64,000 bases of DNA from Chitinophagaceae bacterium (GTDB lineage Bacteria > Bacteroidota > Bacteroidia > Chitinophagales > Chitinophagaceae). Below the pieces are notes generated by a model. It was not told the origin of the DNA and did not search any database. It saw nothing but the letters and a program-made list of their open reading frames with translations. This document shows, piece by piece, positions 1-8,588 of the stretch; within the stretch, counting starts at the first letter, position 1; the number at the start of each line of letters is the position of its first letter. Where the stretch lies: the NCBI GenBank assembly GCA_022841365.1, contig JALHRP010000004.1:48106-112105 (forward strand), read 5' to 3'. Made by a program: the position numbers and the translations under genes.

Positions 1-1
1 T

Positions 2-952
2 GAAGCAGCAGCCTATGTTACAGCAGTACGTAAATTGGTTCGTACGTTGCATGTTTGCGATGGAAATATGGAAGAAGGAAGTTTGCGTTGCGATGCAAAT
101 ATTTCTATCCGTTTAAAAGGAGAGCAGAAGCTGGGAATAAAAGTGGAAATTAAAAACCTCAACTCTATCCGGTTTCTCAAAAAAGCAATTGATCATGAAG
201 TGATGCGGATGATTGCGATGAAAGAAAAAGGCGAAACCATTGTACAGCAAACAAGAGGGTTTAATCCGGATACAGAAACAACCTTTGCCATTCGTACAAA
301 AGAAGATGCTGATGATTACAGATACATGGCCGATCCTGATCTGCCGCCGTTTATTATAACAAAAGAATTCATTCAACAGGTGAGAGCATCTTTACCTGAA
401 CTGGCTGAGCAAAAGAAACAGCGGTTTCAGCAGCAGTATGCTTTACCGGCTTATGATGCAGCATTGCTGAGTGAGGAGAATGATGTAGCAGCTTTCTTTG
501 AAACAACTGCCACACATACGGCAGCATACAAACAAATCGCCAACTGGATACTGGGTCCGGTAAAATCTGTATTGAATGAGCAGGCAGTTGAAATTGGTCA
601 GCTTGCTTTACAACCACATCAGTTGGCAGAAATCATTCAGTTGGTTGAAGAAGGAAAAGTGAGTTATACGGTTGCGGCACAAAAATTATTTCCTGCAATA
701 TTGAACGGACAGGCAATACATTCAGCTTTAGAACTTGCACAGCAGCTCAATCTTATACAGGAACGGAATGAAGATGCATTGCAGCAGTTGATTGATGAGG
801 TACTTGGTTCTATGCCCGATAAAGTGGCAGAATATAAAAAAGGAAAGAAAGGTCTCATCGGTTTGTTTGTTGGCGAAGTAATGAAAGCATCAAAAGGCAA
901 GGCCGATCCAAAATTGTTAAATCAATTAGTTACACAAAAATTATTAAACTAA
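2..952 (+). CDS. gatB: Asp-tRNA(Asn)/Glu-tRNA(Gln) amidotransferase subunit B, C-terminal part (5' end lies upstream of the window)
   Basis: The frame is open from nt 2 (EAAAYVTAVRKLVRTLHVCDGNMEEGSLRCDANISIR...), so the M at 35 is internal. It has the GatB core motifs (EGSLRCDANISIR, DYRYMADPDLPP) and the GatB/YqeY-type tail (KGKKGLIGLFVGEVMKASKGKADPK). Confidence 0.9.
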   Translation, partial: EAAAYVTAVRKLVRTLHVCDGNMEEGSLRCDANISIRLKGEQKLGIKVEIKNLNSIRFLKKAIDHEVMRMIAMKEKGETIVQQTRGFNPDTETTFAIRTKEDADDYRYMADPDLPPFIITKEFIQQVRASLPELAEQKKQRFQQQYALPAYDAALLSEENDVAAFFETTATHTAAYKQIANWILGPVKSVLNEQAVEIGQLALQPHQLAEIIQLVEEGKVSYTVAAQKLFPAILNGQAIHSALELAQQLNLIQERNEDALQQLIDEVLGSMPDKVAEYKKGKKGLIGLFVGEVMKASKGKADPKLLNQLVTQKLLN

Positions 953-962
953 ACAATCACGA

Positions 963-2096
963 ATGAAGAAGTTATGGTTTATTGCAGTTGTTGCTGTACT
1001 GGCAACAGCATGTGAAAGTAACGGCAGTAAAAACTTTACTGTAAGTGGTGAAATTAAAAATGCACCGGCAACAGTGGTGTATCTGGAGCAGATCTCTTTT
1101 GAAAACATGCCGCCGCAGGTACTGGACAGTGTTACTTTAAAAGACGGGAAGTTTTCATTAAAAGGAAAAGCAACAGAAGAATCCTTACTGCAACTGCGTT
1201 TCCCTGCTGTTGAGAAAGGCCCGTTGTTTTTTGTAATCAATGATAAATCTGTAATACAGTTGTCAGCAGACTGGTCCGATGTTCGTCAGCTCAGCTATAA
1301 AGGCTCACCTGCAACAGAACGCTTACGTGTTTTTGTTGATTCACTTTCTGTAACGCAGCAAAAACTGTACACAGCTCAGTACGAACTGCAGAATGTAATT
1401 AAGGAAGACAGTTTGAAAATGATCAAACAAAAAGAAATGGAAAGCATGCTGTCTTTGTTTCGTGCCTATGTAAAAAAAGTGGCCATGGAAGATAAGAGCC
1501 CCATGGTAAGCATGTTTGCCACTTCAATTAATACAGGAACCGATGTTGCAGAAAATGAAGCCATGTATAACACACTGGTGAAGCGCTTTCCAAAGCATAC
1601 CGGCATCCAGGCGGTAGTAAAACAGTTTCGTGAAAGCACATCAGGAGCGCAGCAACAGCAGGCCCCTGCAGGAAAAGTAACCGTGGGGCAGATGGCTCCC
1701 GAGATCACTATGCCCGATGTAAACGGACAGTCTTTTTCGCTCAGCAGCTTAAAAGGAAAATATGTGCTGGTAGATTTTTGGGCCAGCTGGTGCGGTCCGT
1801 GCCGGCAGGAAAACCCAAATGTGGTAGCAGCTTATAATAAATTCAAAAATAAAAATTTTACCATACTCGGTGTATCGCTCGATAAAACAAAGGAAGCATG
1901 GATCGAAGCCATTAAGCAGGATGGATTAACCTGGAATCATATCAGCGATCTCAAATTCTGGAACAGTGAAGCGGTTACATTATATGGGTTCAACGGTATT
2001 CCTTACAATGTATTAATTGATCCTACAGGAAAAGTCATTGCAGATAATTTACGTGGTGCAGAATTGCAGAGTAAATTATCTCAGCTGCTGCAGTAA
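963..2096 (+). CDS. TlpA/ResA-family thiol-disulfide oxidoreductase lipoprotein
   Basis: Lipoprotein signal (MKKLWFIAVVAVLATAC). The C-terminal thioredoxin fold carries a WASWCGPC active site and a GIPYNVLIDPTGKV cis-Pro loop region. Confidence 0.85.
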   Translation: MKKLWFIAVVAVLATACESNGSKNFTVSGEIKNAPATVVYLEQISFENMPPQVLDSVTLKDGKFSLKGKATEESLLQLRFPAVEKGPLFFVINDKSVIQLSADWSDVRQLSYKGSPATERLRVFVDSLSVTQQKLYTAQYELQNVIKEDSLKMIKQKEMESMLSLFRAYVKKVAMEDKSPMVSMFATSINTGTDVAENEAMYNTLVKRFPKHTGIQAVVKQFRESTSGAQQQQAPAGKVTVGQMAPEITMPDVNGQSFSLSSLKGKYVLVDFWASWCGPCRQENPNVVAAYNKFKNKNFTILGVSLDKTKEAWIEAIKQDGLTWNHISDLKFWNSEAVTLYGFNGIPYNVLIDPTGKVIADNLRGAELQSKLSQLLQ

Positions 2097-2120
2097 AAAA
2101 GAAATGCTGTATTAGTTATA

Positions 2121-2157
2121 AAATGAAAGCCCCCGCATATGCGGGGGCTTTCATTTT
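2121..2157. terminator. Bidirectional intrinsic terminator between convergent genes
   Basis: AAATGAAAGCCCCCGC-atat-GCGGGGGCTTTCATTTT is a perfect long GC-rich stem. A-run/T-run flanks make it usable on both strands. Confidence 0.8.
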
Positions 2158-2178
2158 GTATATACCATGAAATTAATA

Positions 2179-3189
2179 TCAAGGCAATAATACTTTGTCA
2201 ACTACATGCAGTACACCGGGGCGTACAGAAGCAGAACCCGCAAAGTAAAGGATGTCTGCAGTTGTTACTGCAGCAGCCGTTGGGTTACTTGTACCTTTTA
2301 CAGTAACACTGTTTCCACTCACACCAATTGCAACATTGGTTCCTTGAGCAGTCATCAGATTCGTTGCATTTGTAAAATCAATACCAAATGCTCTTCCGCT
2401 TCTGTTAAAAGGAGAAGAAAGTGTACTTGATGTTAATGATGAACTTGGAACCACATGATACAGCAGAATGTTTCTGAGTACAATGGAATCAGCAGAACTT
2501 AAACCTGCAATAAAAGCAGCATCAGCATAACCTGCTGCCTGAAAAGCAGCATTAGTTGGTGCAAATACTGTTAACAACGTTGTTGTTGTATTAACTGTAG
2601 TTGCCAGGCCTGCTCTTGTTAACGCAGCTGCAAGAAGCGTTAAGTTTGAGTTTGCTGATAATGTTCCTGTAAGTGTAGCCAGCGGTGGTAACAATACTCC
2701 GTCAATAGTATGTACAACACCGTTACTTGCACGGATATTCACTTTATTGATTTTTTTACCATTGAGGTAAGAAGCATTGTTATAAAAAGAGGAATTTAAA
2801 ATTTCTCTTTGTACACTGGTGTACGCAGCATTCGGGCCAGGCAACAGATCGGTAGAAAGAATACGACCGGAAATGATGTGGTTTCTTAATACTGCTCTTA
2901 ATACATCCAGCGGCATGGAACTTACAGTAGCTGCTGTAATACCTGAAGCATTGAAAGCCGCATCAGTTGGAGCGAAAATGGTATAGTTACCTAATAACGC
3001 TAAATCAGCATCCAGTGCTGTACGCTTTACTGCAGCTACAAAAATAGACAGATTGGATTCCTTCTCTGCTATTGCAACTACATTGTCTGTTACGCCCGGA
3101 GGGAATGCAATGTTTTGTTCCCGTTTGTCACAGGCTGCCAAAACTACAACGGCGAATAGGGCCAGCAGACTATATTTTTTTATGTTCAT
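2179..3189 (-). CDS. Fasciclin (FAS1) domain lipoprotein, two FAS1 repeats
   Basis: Lipobox (VVLAAC). Two FAS1 signatures are present: TIFAPTDAAF...VVHTIDGVLLP and TVFAPTNAAFQAAG...VLHVVDKVLLP. It is the last gene of the SusC/D operon. Confidence 0.85.
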   Translation of the reverse strand: MNIKKYSLLALFAVVVLAACDKREQNIAFPPGVTDNVVAIAEKESNLSIFVAAVKRTALDADLALLGNYTIFAPTDAAFNASGITAATVSSMPLDVLRAVLRNHIISGRILSTDLLPGPNAAYTSVQREILNSSFYNNASYLNGKKINKVNIRASNGVVHTIDGVLLPPLATLTGTLSANSNLTLLAAALTRAGLATTVNTTTTLLTVFAPTNAAFQAAGYADAAFIAGLSSADSIVLRNILLYHVVPSSSLTSSTLSSPFNRSGRAFGIDFTNATNLMTAQGTNVAIGVSGNSVTVKGTSNPTAAAVTTADILYFAGSASVRPGVLHVVDKVLLP

Positions 3190-3219
3190 ATCAATTGTAT
3201 TTAAAAATGTTCTTAAATA

Positions 3220-3756
3220 TTACTGTGCGATCAGCCAGCCTACATACTTAAAGTTTTCGCTTGCCTGAACTTCACTGTTGCCAACTAGTTCAAACACAGC
3301 TTGAACAGATGTGCCTGCAACAGCAGGAGGTCCGGGGTTGCGTATTACCCAACGTGCAAAACCAAAACTTGAATTTGCAGGGATGGTCACCTGTGTGTCA
3401 ATCAGATCAAAATGCGTTCCGGGAACAGCAGTTGAAAAGTTAGACGAAACTTTTACAGTAAAAGTCTGAGCTGTTGATTTTTGTGCACCTACCAGATTAA
3501 TCCGCATACGGATCGTATCAGTAACGGTTCTTGTTGTTATTACAGGATCCAATGTACCCAGTGATCTTCCGTAACCTGTTGGAACACGGTTCACCAAAGG
3601 AAAAGGCAAACCTCCTGATTTACTTGTATAAGCAGCCACGTCGAATTCTGCAACGCTACCGCTCCATACAATATCTTCATTTTTAATACAGCTGCTCAGA
3701 AATAAACTGAGGATGAGAGCAAAGCTGAGGATTGAACTATATTTTTTCATATTCAC
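3220..3756 (-). CDS. Small beta-rich lipoprotein accessory to SusC/D (possibly DUF4843-like)
   Basis: Signal plus lipobox (LFLSSC). It starts 13 nt downstream of susD. The family name is from memory of PUL layouts and is not verified. Confidence 0.6.
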   Translation of the reverse strand: MNMKKYSSILSFALILSLFLSSCIKNEDIVWSGSVAEFDVAAYTSKSGGLPFPLVNRVPTGYGRSLGTLDPVITTRTVTDTIRMRINLVGAQKSTAQTFTVKVSSNFSTAVPGTHFDLIDTQVTIPANSSFGFARWVIRNPGPPAVAGTSVQAVFELVGNSEVQASENFKYVGWLIAQ

Positions 3757-3769
3757 TGTTTATTAATAA

Positions 3770-5305
3770 TTAATATCCAAAATTCTGCACCATATTAGGA
3801 TTGGCATCTAATTCACGTGTAGGAATATTTGCCAGCACTCTGAAATCGTTATAGAGCAGCGTAGAATAATGAGGAGCTTTTGCAATATCAACTCCACGAC
3901 GTTTGAGATCGAAAAAGCGATGACCTTCAAAAGCCAGCTCAATTCTGCGTTGCTTTATAATCTCGTTAAACAAAGCAGTTCCGGTTAAAGCATTATCAAA
4001 TGCCTGTTGCGTAGTAGCATAGTTTGAATATCTGTTTTGCTTAATGCGGATCAGATCATTACGTGCAGCTGCTTCATCAAATACAGGTGATCCGGGTGTG
4101 GCCATTGCTTCAGCACGGTTCAGGTATAATTCAGCAACACGGATCAAAGGAATATTATCCAGGTTCTGGATACCGCTTTTACCTAAGTATTTGGTACACT
4201 CAACACGTGCAGTACCACGACCGGGAGAACCCTGCTCATATAACAGGTTACGCACATCATCAGATCTTGATGTGATGACCCCACCGGCATAGTTTGCAGT
4301 TGTGATGTTAATACCAAGGTCTCCAAGTAAAGTTAAGCTTGGCACTAAATCTCCGAATCCACCTAATACACCATTATTACCGGGGATAACCAATGTGGTA
4401 AAGCTGGTTTGCAGTGATTCATTTACCCCGATATTTTCAGCAGGGTTAATCAAACGCAATTCAAAAATGGACTCAGGGTTAATGGCTGTTCTCCATCCGT
4501 TTACATAAGCAGAACTGCTCATTAAACGACTTCCTGTTGCTGCAATTGCCAGATCAGCATATGTTTTACAGGTTGCATAATCTTTACGATATAATGCAAC
4601 TCTTGAAAACAAGGCCTGTGCTGCAGATAATGTAGCTAACTGCGGATATGATGTAGAAGCAAACGTAGCTGTTAACTGTGTAGTAGCTGCAGTTAAATCT
4701 CTGTAAATCTGAGCGTAAACAGAGTCAACCTTATCTCGTGAAGGAATGTTCTGAGAAGCGCCTGCAGTTGTAGTTGGAGTTGTTAATACTACAGGAACAC
4801 CACCTCTGTCTAAACCTAATACAGCTACACCCGGCTCGTAAGCATAGGCTCTTGCTAAATCAAAATAACAAAGTGCACGCAGAAATTTTAACTGACCTTC
4901 CCAGTTGTTGCGTTCTGCTGGTGTAACCGCAGGTGCAACATTCAGTGAAGGAATTGCTGCAAGGATCAGATTGATATTTGCAATAGCAAAATAATCCTGC
5001 TGCCAGTTAGCAAAATGTGCGGTGGCAATATTCTGCGCTTCTGCATTTAAACGACCTGATTTGTTGGTTGCAAAACCATTATCAGATAATGCTTCGGGAT
5101 GTGTGATTAAATCACGACCGTATAAGCGGTTGTTTTTTAAACGGGCATAGATACCTAAAATCGCTGCATTCACATTCTCCCTTGAGGTTAATGCAGTGTT
5201 TAGATCAATTGATTGACGTGGCTCAATTTCCAGTTGCTTGTTACAGCTGGTAAATGTGGCAATAAACGTCAGCAATAAACCCGGTATAATTAATAGTTTC
5301 TTCAT
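3770..5305 (-). CDS. susD: RagB/SusD family nutrient-uptake outer membrane lipoprotein
   Basis: Lipobox (ATFTSC). SusD-like motifs are present: ELYLNRAEAMA and QRRIELAFEGHRFFDLKRRG. It lies directly downstream of the SusC-type receptor. Confidence 0.9.
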   Translation of the reverse strand: MKKLLIIPGLLLTFIATFTSCNKQLEIEPRQSIDLNTALTSRENVNAAILGIYARLKNNRLYGRDLITHPEALSDNGFATNKSGRLNAEAQNIATAHFANWQQDYFAIANINLILAAIPSLNVAPAVTPAERNNWEGQLKFLRALCYFDLARAYAYEPGVAVLGLDRGGVPVVLTTPTTTAGASQNIPSRDKVDSVYAQIYRDLTAATTQLTATFASTSYPQLATLSAAQALFSRVALYRKDYATCKTYADLAIAATGSRLMSSSAYVNGWRTAINPESIFELRLINPAENIGVNESLQTSFTTLVIPGNNGVLGGFGDLVPSLTLLGDLGINITTANYAGGVITSRSDDVRNLLYEQGSPGRGTARVECTKYLGKSGIQNLDNIPLIRVAELYLNRAEAMATPGSPVFDEAAARNDLIRIKQNRYSNYATTQQAFDNALTGTALFNEIIKQRRIELAFEGHRFFDLKRRGVDIAKAPHYSTLLYNDFRVLANIPTRELDANPNMVQNFGY

Positions 5306-5322
5306 GTTTCTGTTTTTATGCT

Positions 5323-8300
5323 TTAAAATCCAATTTGAATACCTGCATTAAAGTTTTTCGTTTGAGGAATGATACCTGTTGATGTACCCACAAACTCAGG
5401 ATCGTATCCTAACCAGTCAGAATAAGTAAAGAGGTTTTGCCCCTGAACATATAAACGGAGATTAGTGAGTTTCAACTTACGTAACAGGCCTTGTGAAAAG
5501 TCGTAAGACAAACGAACATCTCTTAAGCGGATAAAATCAGCTTTCTTCCATAAGCGGCTTGAACCGATTGCATGGTTGTTACCACCGGGTTCTGCACCAC
5601 CATTAAAGAATCTTGGATAAGATGTAATGTCACCAGGTTTTTCCCATGCGTTATCATAAGCAACCTGCAGTGTATTGAACGTACGGTTGGCATTCTCAAT
5701 CAAAAAGTTTACCTGACCGTCTGTTGCAAGCACACCATACTGATAAGTGAATAACGCATCAATTGTAAAGCCTTTAAAGCTGATGGTATTGGTAATACCT
5801 CCCCACTGATCTGCTTCACCATCGCCAATGTAGCGGCGGTCACGTACCTGAGGGGCATAAGTAATATTTCCAAACGTATCAACCCACATCGGGCGACCTG
5901 TTGCAGGGTTTACACCGGCATATACCTGCGTAACAATGCTGTTAATTGAGCGACCTACACGGAATGAAGGATCTCCGGGTAATTGCTGTAATCCATCATA
6001 AATCTTCTTCACGTTGTTGTAAGCAAACGAGAAGTTGAAATTAACGTTCCAACGGAAACCATCACTGGTTTTAGGACGGAAGATTTCAGCATTTAAACCT
6101 ACTTCAACACCTTTAATTTCCAGTTCTCCAATGTTTTCAACATAGTTGTCTACACCATTCACCCAGGTCACAGGACGTGGTAATAATAAATCTAATGAAC
6201 GGCGCTGATATACTTCCACAGAACCACTGATGCGGTTGCTGAGTATACCATAATCTAAACCAAGGTTAATGGTTTGGTTTCTTTCCCAACGCAGATTGGG
6301 GTTACCTAAGTTGGTATAACCAATGGCAGCAGCCTGATTGTATTGACCGGCACCACCTACAAGTGATAAGGCATCAAAGTTGCCGATCTGATCGTTTCCT
6401 GTCTGGCCATAAGAACCACGCAGACGGAGTGTGCTGATCCAGTTTACATCCTGCAGGAACTTTTCGTTATCCATATTCCAGCTGGCAATAATACCGGGGA
6501 ACCAACCAAAACGGTTGTTGGCACCAAAACGGCTTGAACCATCACGACGAACAATCAGTGACAATGAATATTTGTTATCAAATGAATAGTTTACACGACC
6601 AAAGATACCGGCACGCTTGTATCCGGTCCAGAACTGTCCTACCGATTCAGCTGTTGCTGCGGCGTTAATAGTTGTAAACTGGAATGAAGGGAAACCAATA
6701 CCTGCACCGGTAATTGACTCCTGCACATCTCTGCGGTACTCAACACCAACAACTCCATCAATACGGTTTTTGGTAAATGATTTATTGAAGTTTAATGTTT
6801 GAGTTGTCAGGAAGTTGGTATTCCAGTCACTTTCAACACTACCACGACCACGAACACCAAAACCATCATTGGTTCTTGGGTCACGATACAGGTTACCCTG
6901 TACCAAGCGGTAATCAAGCGCATAAAAAGAACGGAAGGTTAACCAGGGTGCAAACTTATATTCACCTGTAATTGATCCAACCAATTGATTGGTTTTCTGA
7001 TAACCTGAGTTAAAATCGTTTACTGCAATAACGTTCTGATTTAATACACCGGCTAATGCTTGTGCTGGTGGTAAACCAAAATAGGTTCCGTCAGGATTAC
7101 GAACAGGGTTTACAGGAAGAATCAATGAACTTGAAAAGATCGGGCTTCCAAGAAAAGAACCACTTACACCAAACGGAAGTTGTTGCTCAAAGCTGCTCAC
7201 ACTGAGTTTTGAAGTAAGGGTTAATTTATCGGTTGCTTTGTGCGTAATATCTGTGTTCAGCGTGTAACGCTTAAAGTCTACTTTATTAATAATTGTGCTC
7301 TGGTAGCTGTAAGAAGCACCCAGATAAAAAGTAGTCTTGTCATTACCACCACTCATGTTCAGATCATAGTTCTGGATGGTACCTCTTTTAATTGCAAGGT
7401 CTTGCCAGTTGTATGTTGGTAAAACTGCAATCATCGAATCTACCTGCTTTTCAGTAAACGCATTGGTAGTTGCAGTTGGTACACCGGTAGCATTTGCTAA
7501 CTCACCTAAAACGGAACGCTTGGCGTTGAGCATGGTATAACCGGCAGTTGTATTAATGCTGTTATTAAAAAAAGCCATTGCTCTTGCGTTGATGTATTCC
7601 TGTGTGTTTAATACATCAAACTTCTTAATAGGCTGCGCAGAACCTAAGTAAGCATTGAAGTTGAACTTGGTTTTGCCCGACTTACCTTTCTTGGTTGTAA
7701 TGAGAACAACACCGTTAGAAGCCTGTGCACCATAAATGGCAGCACTTGCAGCATCTTTCAATACATCAATTGACTCAATGTCGTTTGGATTTAAAAATGC
7801 AAGCGGGTTGTTTTGTGTAAAGTTACCATCGTTGCTGGTATTCATCTGTACACCATCTACGATGTACAAAGGCTGGTTACCTGCAAGGTAAGAACCTGTA
7901 CCACGGATACGAACGTTAATAGCACCACCGGGGATACCATTGTTTGCCTGTACCAATACGCCGGCAGCACGACCCTGCAATGCACGGTCAACTGATGCGT
8001 TTGGCAGGTTGGCAATTTCTTTTCCTTTTACGGAAGAAATGGCACCACCTTCATCTCTTTTTTTACGTTGCTGATAACCTACTACCACAACTTCCTGCAG
8101 ATCTTTATCTGCTGAAGCAAGTGATACATTGAAGCTGGCACGGTTGCCGATTGATACTTCAACATTGCTGTAGTTTACAAATGAAAACACCAGGGTTTTT
8201 GCAGTGGATGGAACGCTTAATTTAAACGATCCGTCTGCACCCGTGGTAGTACCTGTACTGGTACCTTTAACTGTAACGGATACGCCCGGTAAAGGGCTGC

Positions 8301-8403
8301 CGTCTTTCTCATCTGTTACCTTACCGGTAACAGTCTTGTCCTGTGCAAATACGTGCAGTGTGCACAATAAAAGCAGGGACATCATGCTTACAAGTTTTCT
8401 CAT
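5323..8403 (-). CDS. susC: SusC/RagA family TonB-linked outer membrane receptor
   Basis: The start was moved to the internal M (MRKLVSMMSLLLLCTLHVFAQ signal peptide). It has a carboxypeptidase-regulatory-like domain (GKVTDEKDGSPLPGVSVTVKGTSTGTTTGADGSFKL). The plug motif is IESIDVLKDAASAAIYGAQASNGVVLITTKKG and the barrel ends ...NAGIQIGF. There is no STN/anti-sigma extension. Confidence 0.9.
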   Translation of the reverse strand: MRKLVSMMSLLLLCTLHVFAQDKTVTGKVTDEKDGSPLPGVSVTVKGTSTGTTTGADGSFKLSVPSTAKTLVFSFVNYSNVEVSIGNRASFNVSLASADKDLQEVVVVGYQQRKKRDEGGAISSVKGKEIANLPNASVDRALQGRAAGVLVQANNGIPGGAINVRIRGTGSYLAGNQPLYIVDGVQMNTSNDGNFTQNNPLAFLNPNDIESIDVLKDAASAAIYGAQASNGVVLITTKKGKSGKTKFNFNAYLGSAQPIKKFDVLNTQEYINARAMAFFNNSINTTAGYTMLNAKRSVLGELANATGVPTATTNAFTEKQVDSMIAVLPTYNWQDLAIKRGTIQNYDLNMSGGNDKTTFYLGASYSYQSTIINKVDFKRYTLNTDITHKATDKLTLTSKLSVSSFEQQLPFGVSGSFLGSPIFSSSLILPVNPVRNPDGTYFGLPPAQALAGVLNQNVIAVNDFNSGYQKTNQLVGSITGEYKFAPWLTFRSFYALDYRLVQGNLYRDPRTNDGFGVRGRGSVESDWNTNFLTTQTLNFNKSFTKNRIDGVVGVEYRRDVQESITGAGIGFPSFQFTTINAAATAESVGQFWTGYKRAGIFGRVNYSFDNKYSLSLIVRRDGSSRFGANNRFGWFPGIIASWNMDNEKFLQDVNWISTLRLRGSYGQTGNDQIGNFDALSLVGGAGQYNQAAAIGYTNLGNPNLRWERNQTINLGLDYGILSNRISGSVEVYQRRSLDLLLPRPVTWVNGVDNYVENIGELEIKGVEVGLNAEIFRPKTSDGFRWNVNFNFSFAYNNVKKIYDGLQQLPGDPSFRVGRSINSIVTQVYAGVNPATGRPMWVDTFGNITYAPQVRDRRYIGDGEADQWGGITNTISFKGFTIDALFTYQYGVLATDGQVNFLIENANRTFNTLQVAYDNAWEKPGDITSYPRFFNGGAEPGGNNHAIGSSRLWKKADFIRLRDVRLSYDFSQGLLRKLKLTNLRLYVQGQNLFTYSDWLGYDPEFVGTSTGIIPQTKNFNAGIQIGF

Positions 8404-8588
8404 ACTCGTTTTAGGTTTATTAATGAAAATTATGTCCAAAATAGGCAGGCATAGTTCAGGTTACATGTTGATGGTTAAGGAAAAGAGACCGGATGCTGTT
8501 CACTTTGGTTAGAAGCCTTCAAAAATAACGGGTTCTGTTATACAAAGTTTAAATAGTAGACAGAAATTTTACCCTAATGCTGCATATG

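Noticed and set aside
8204-8512. 102-aa plus-strand ORF spanning the susC start
   Set aside because: It is antisense to the SusC signal peptide and carboxypeptidase-like domain and continues into the leader. It has no coding features.
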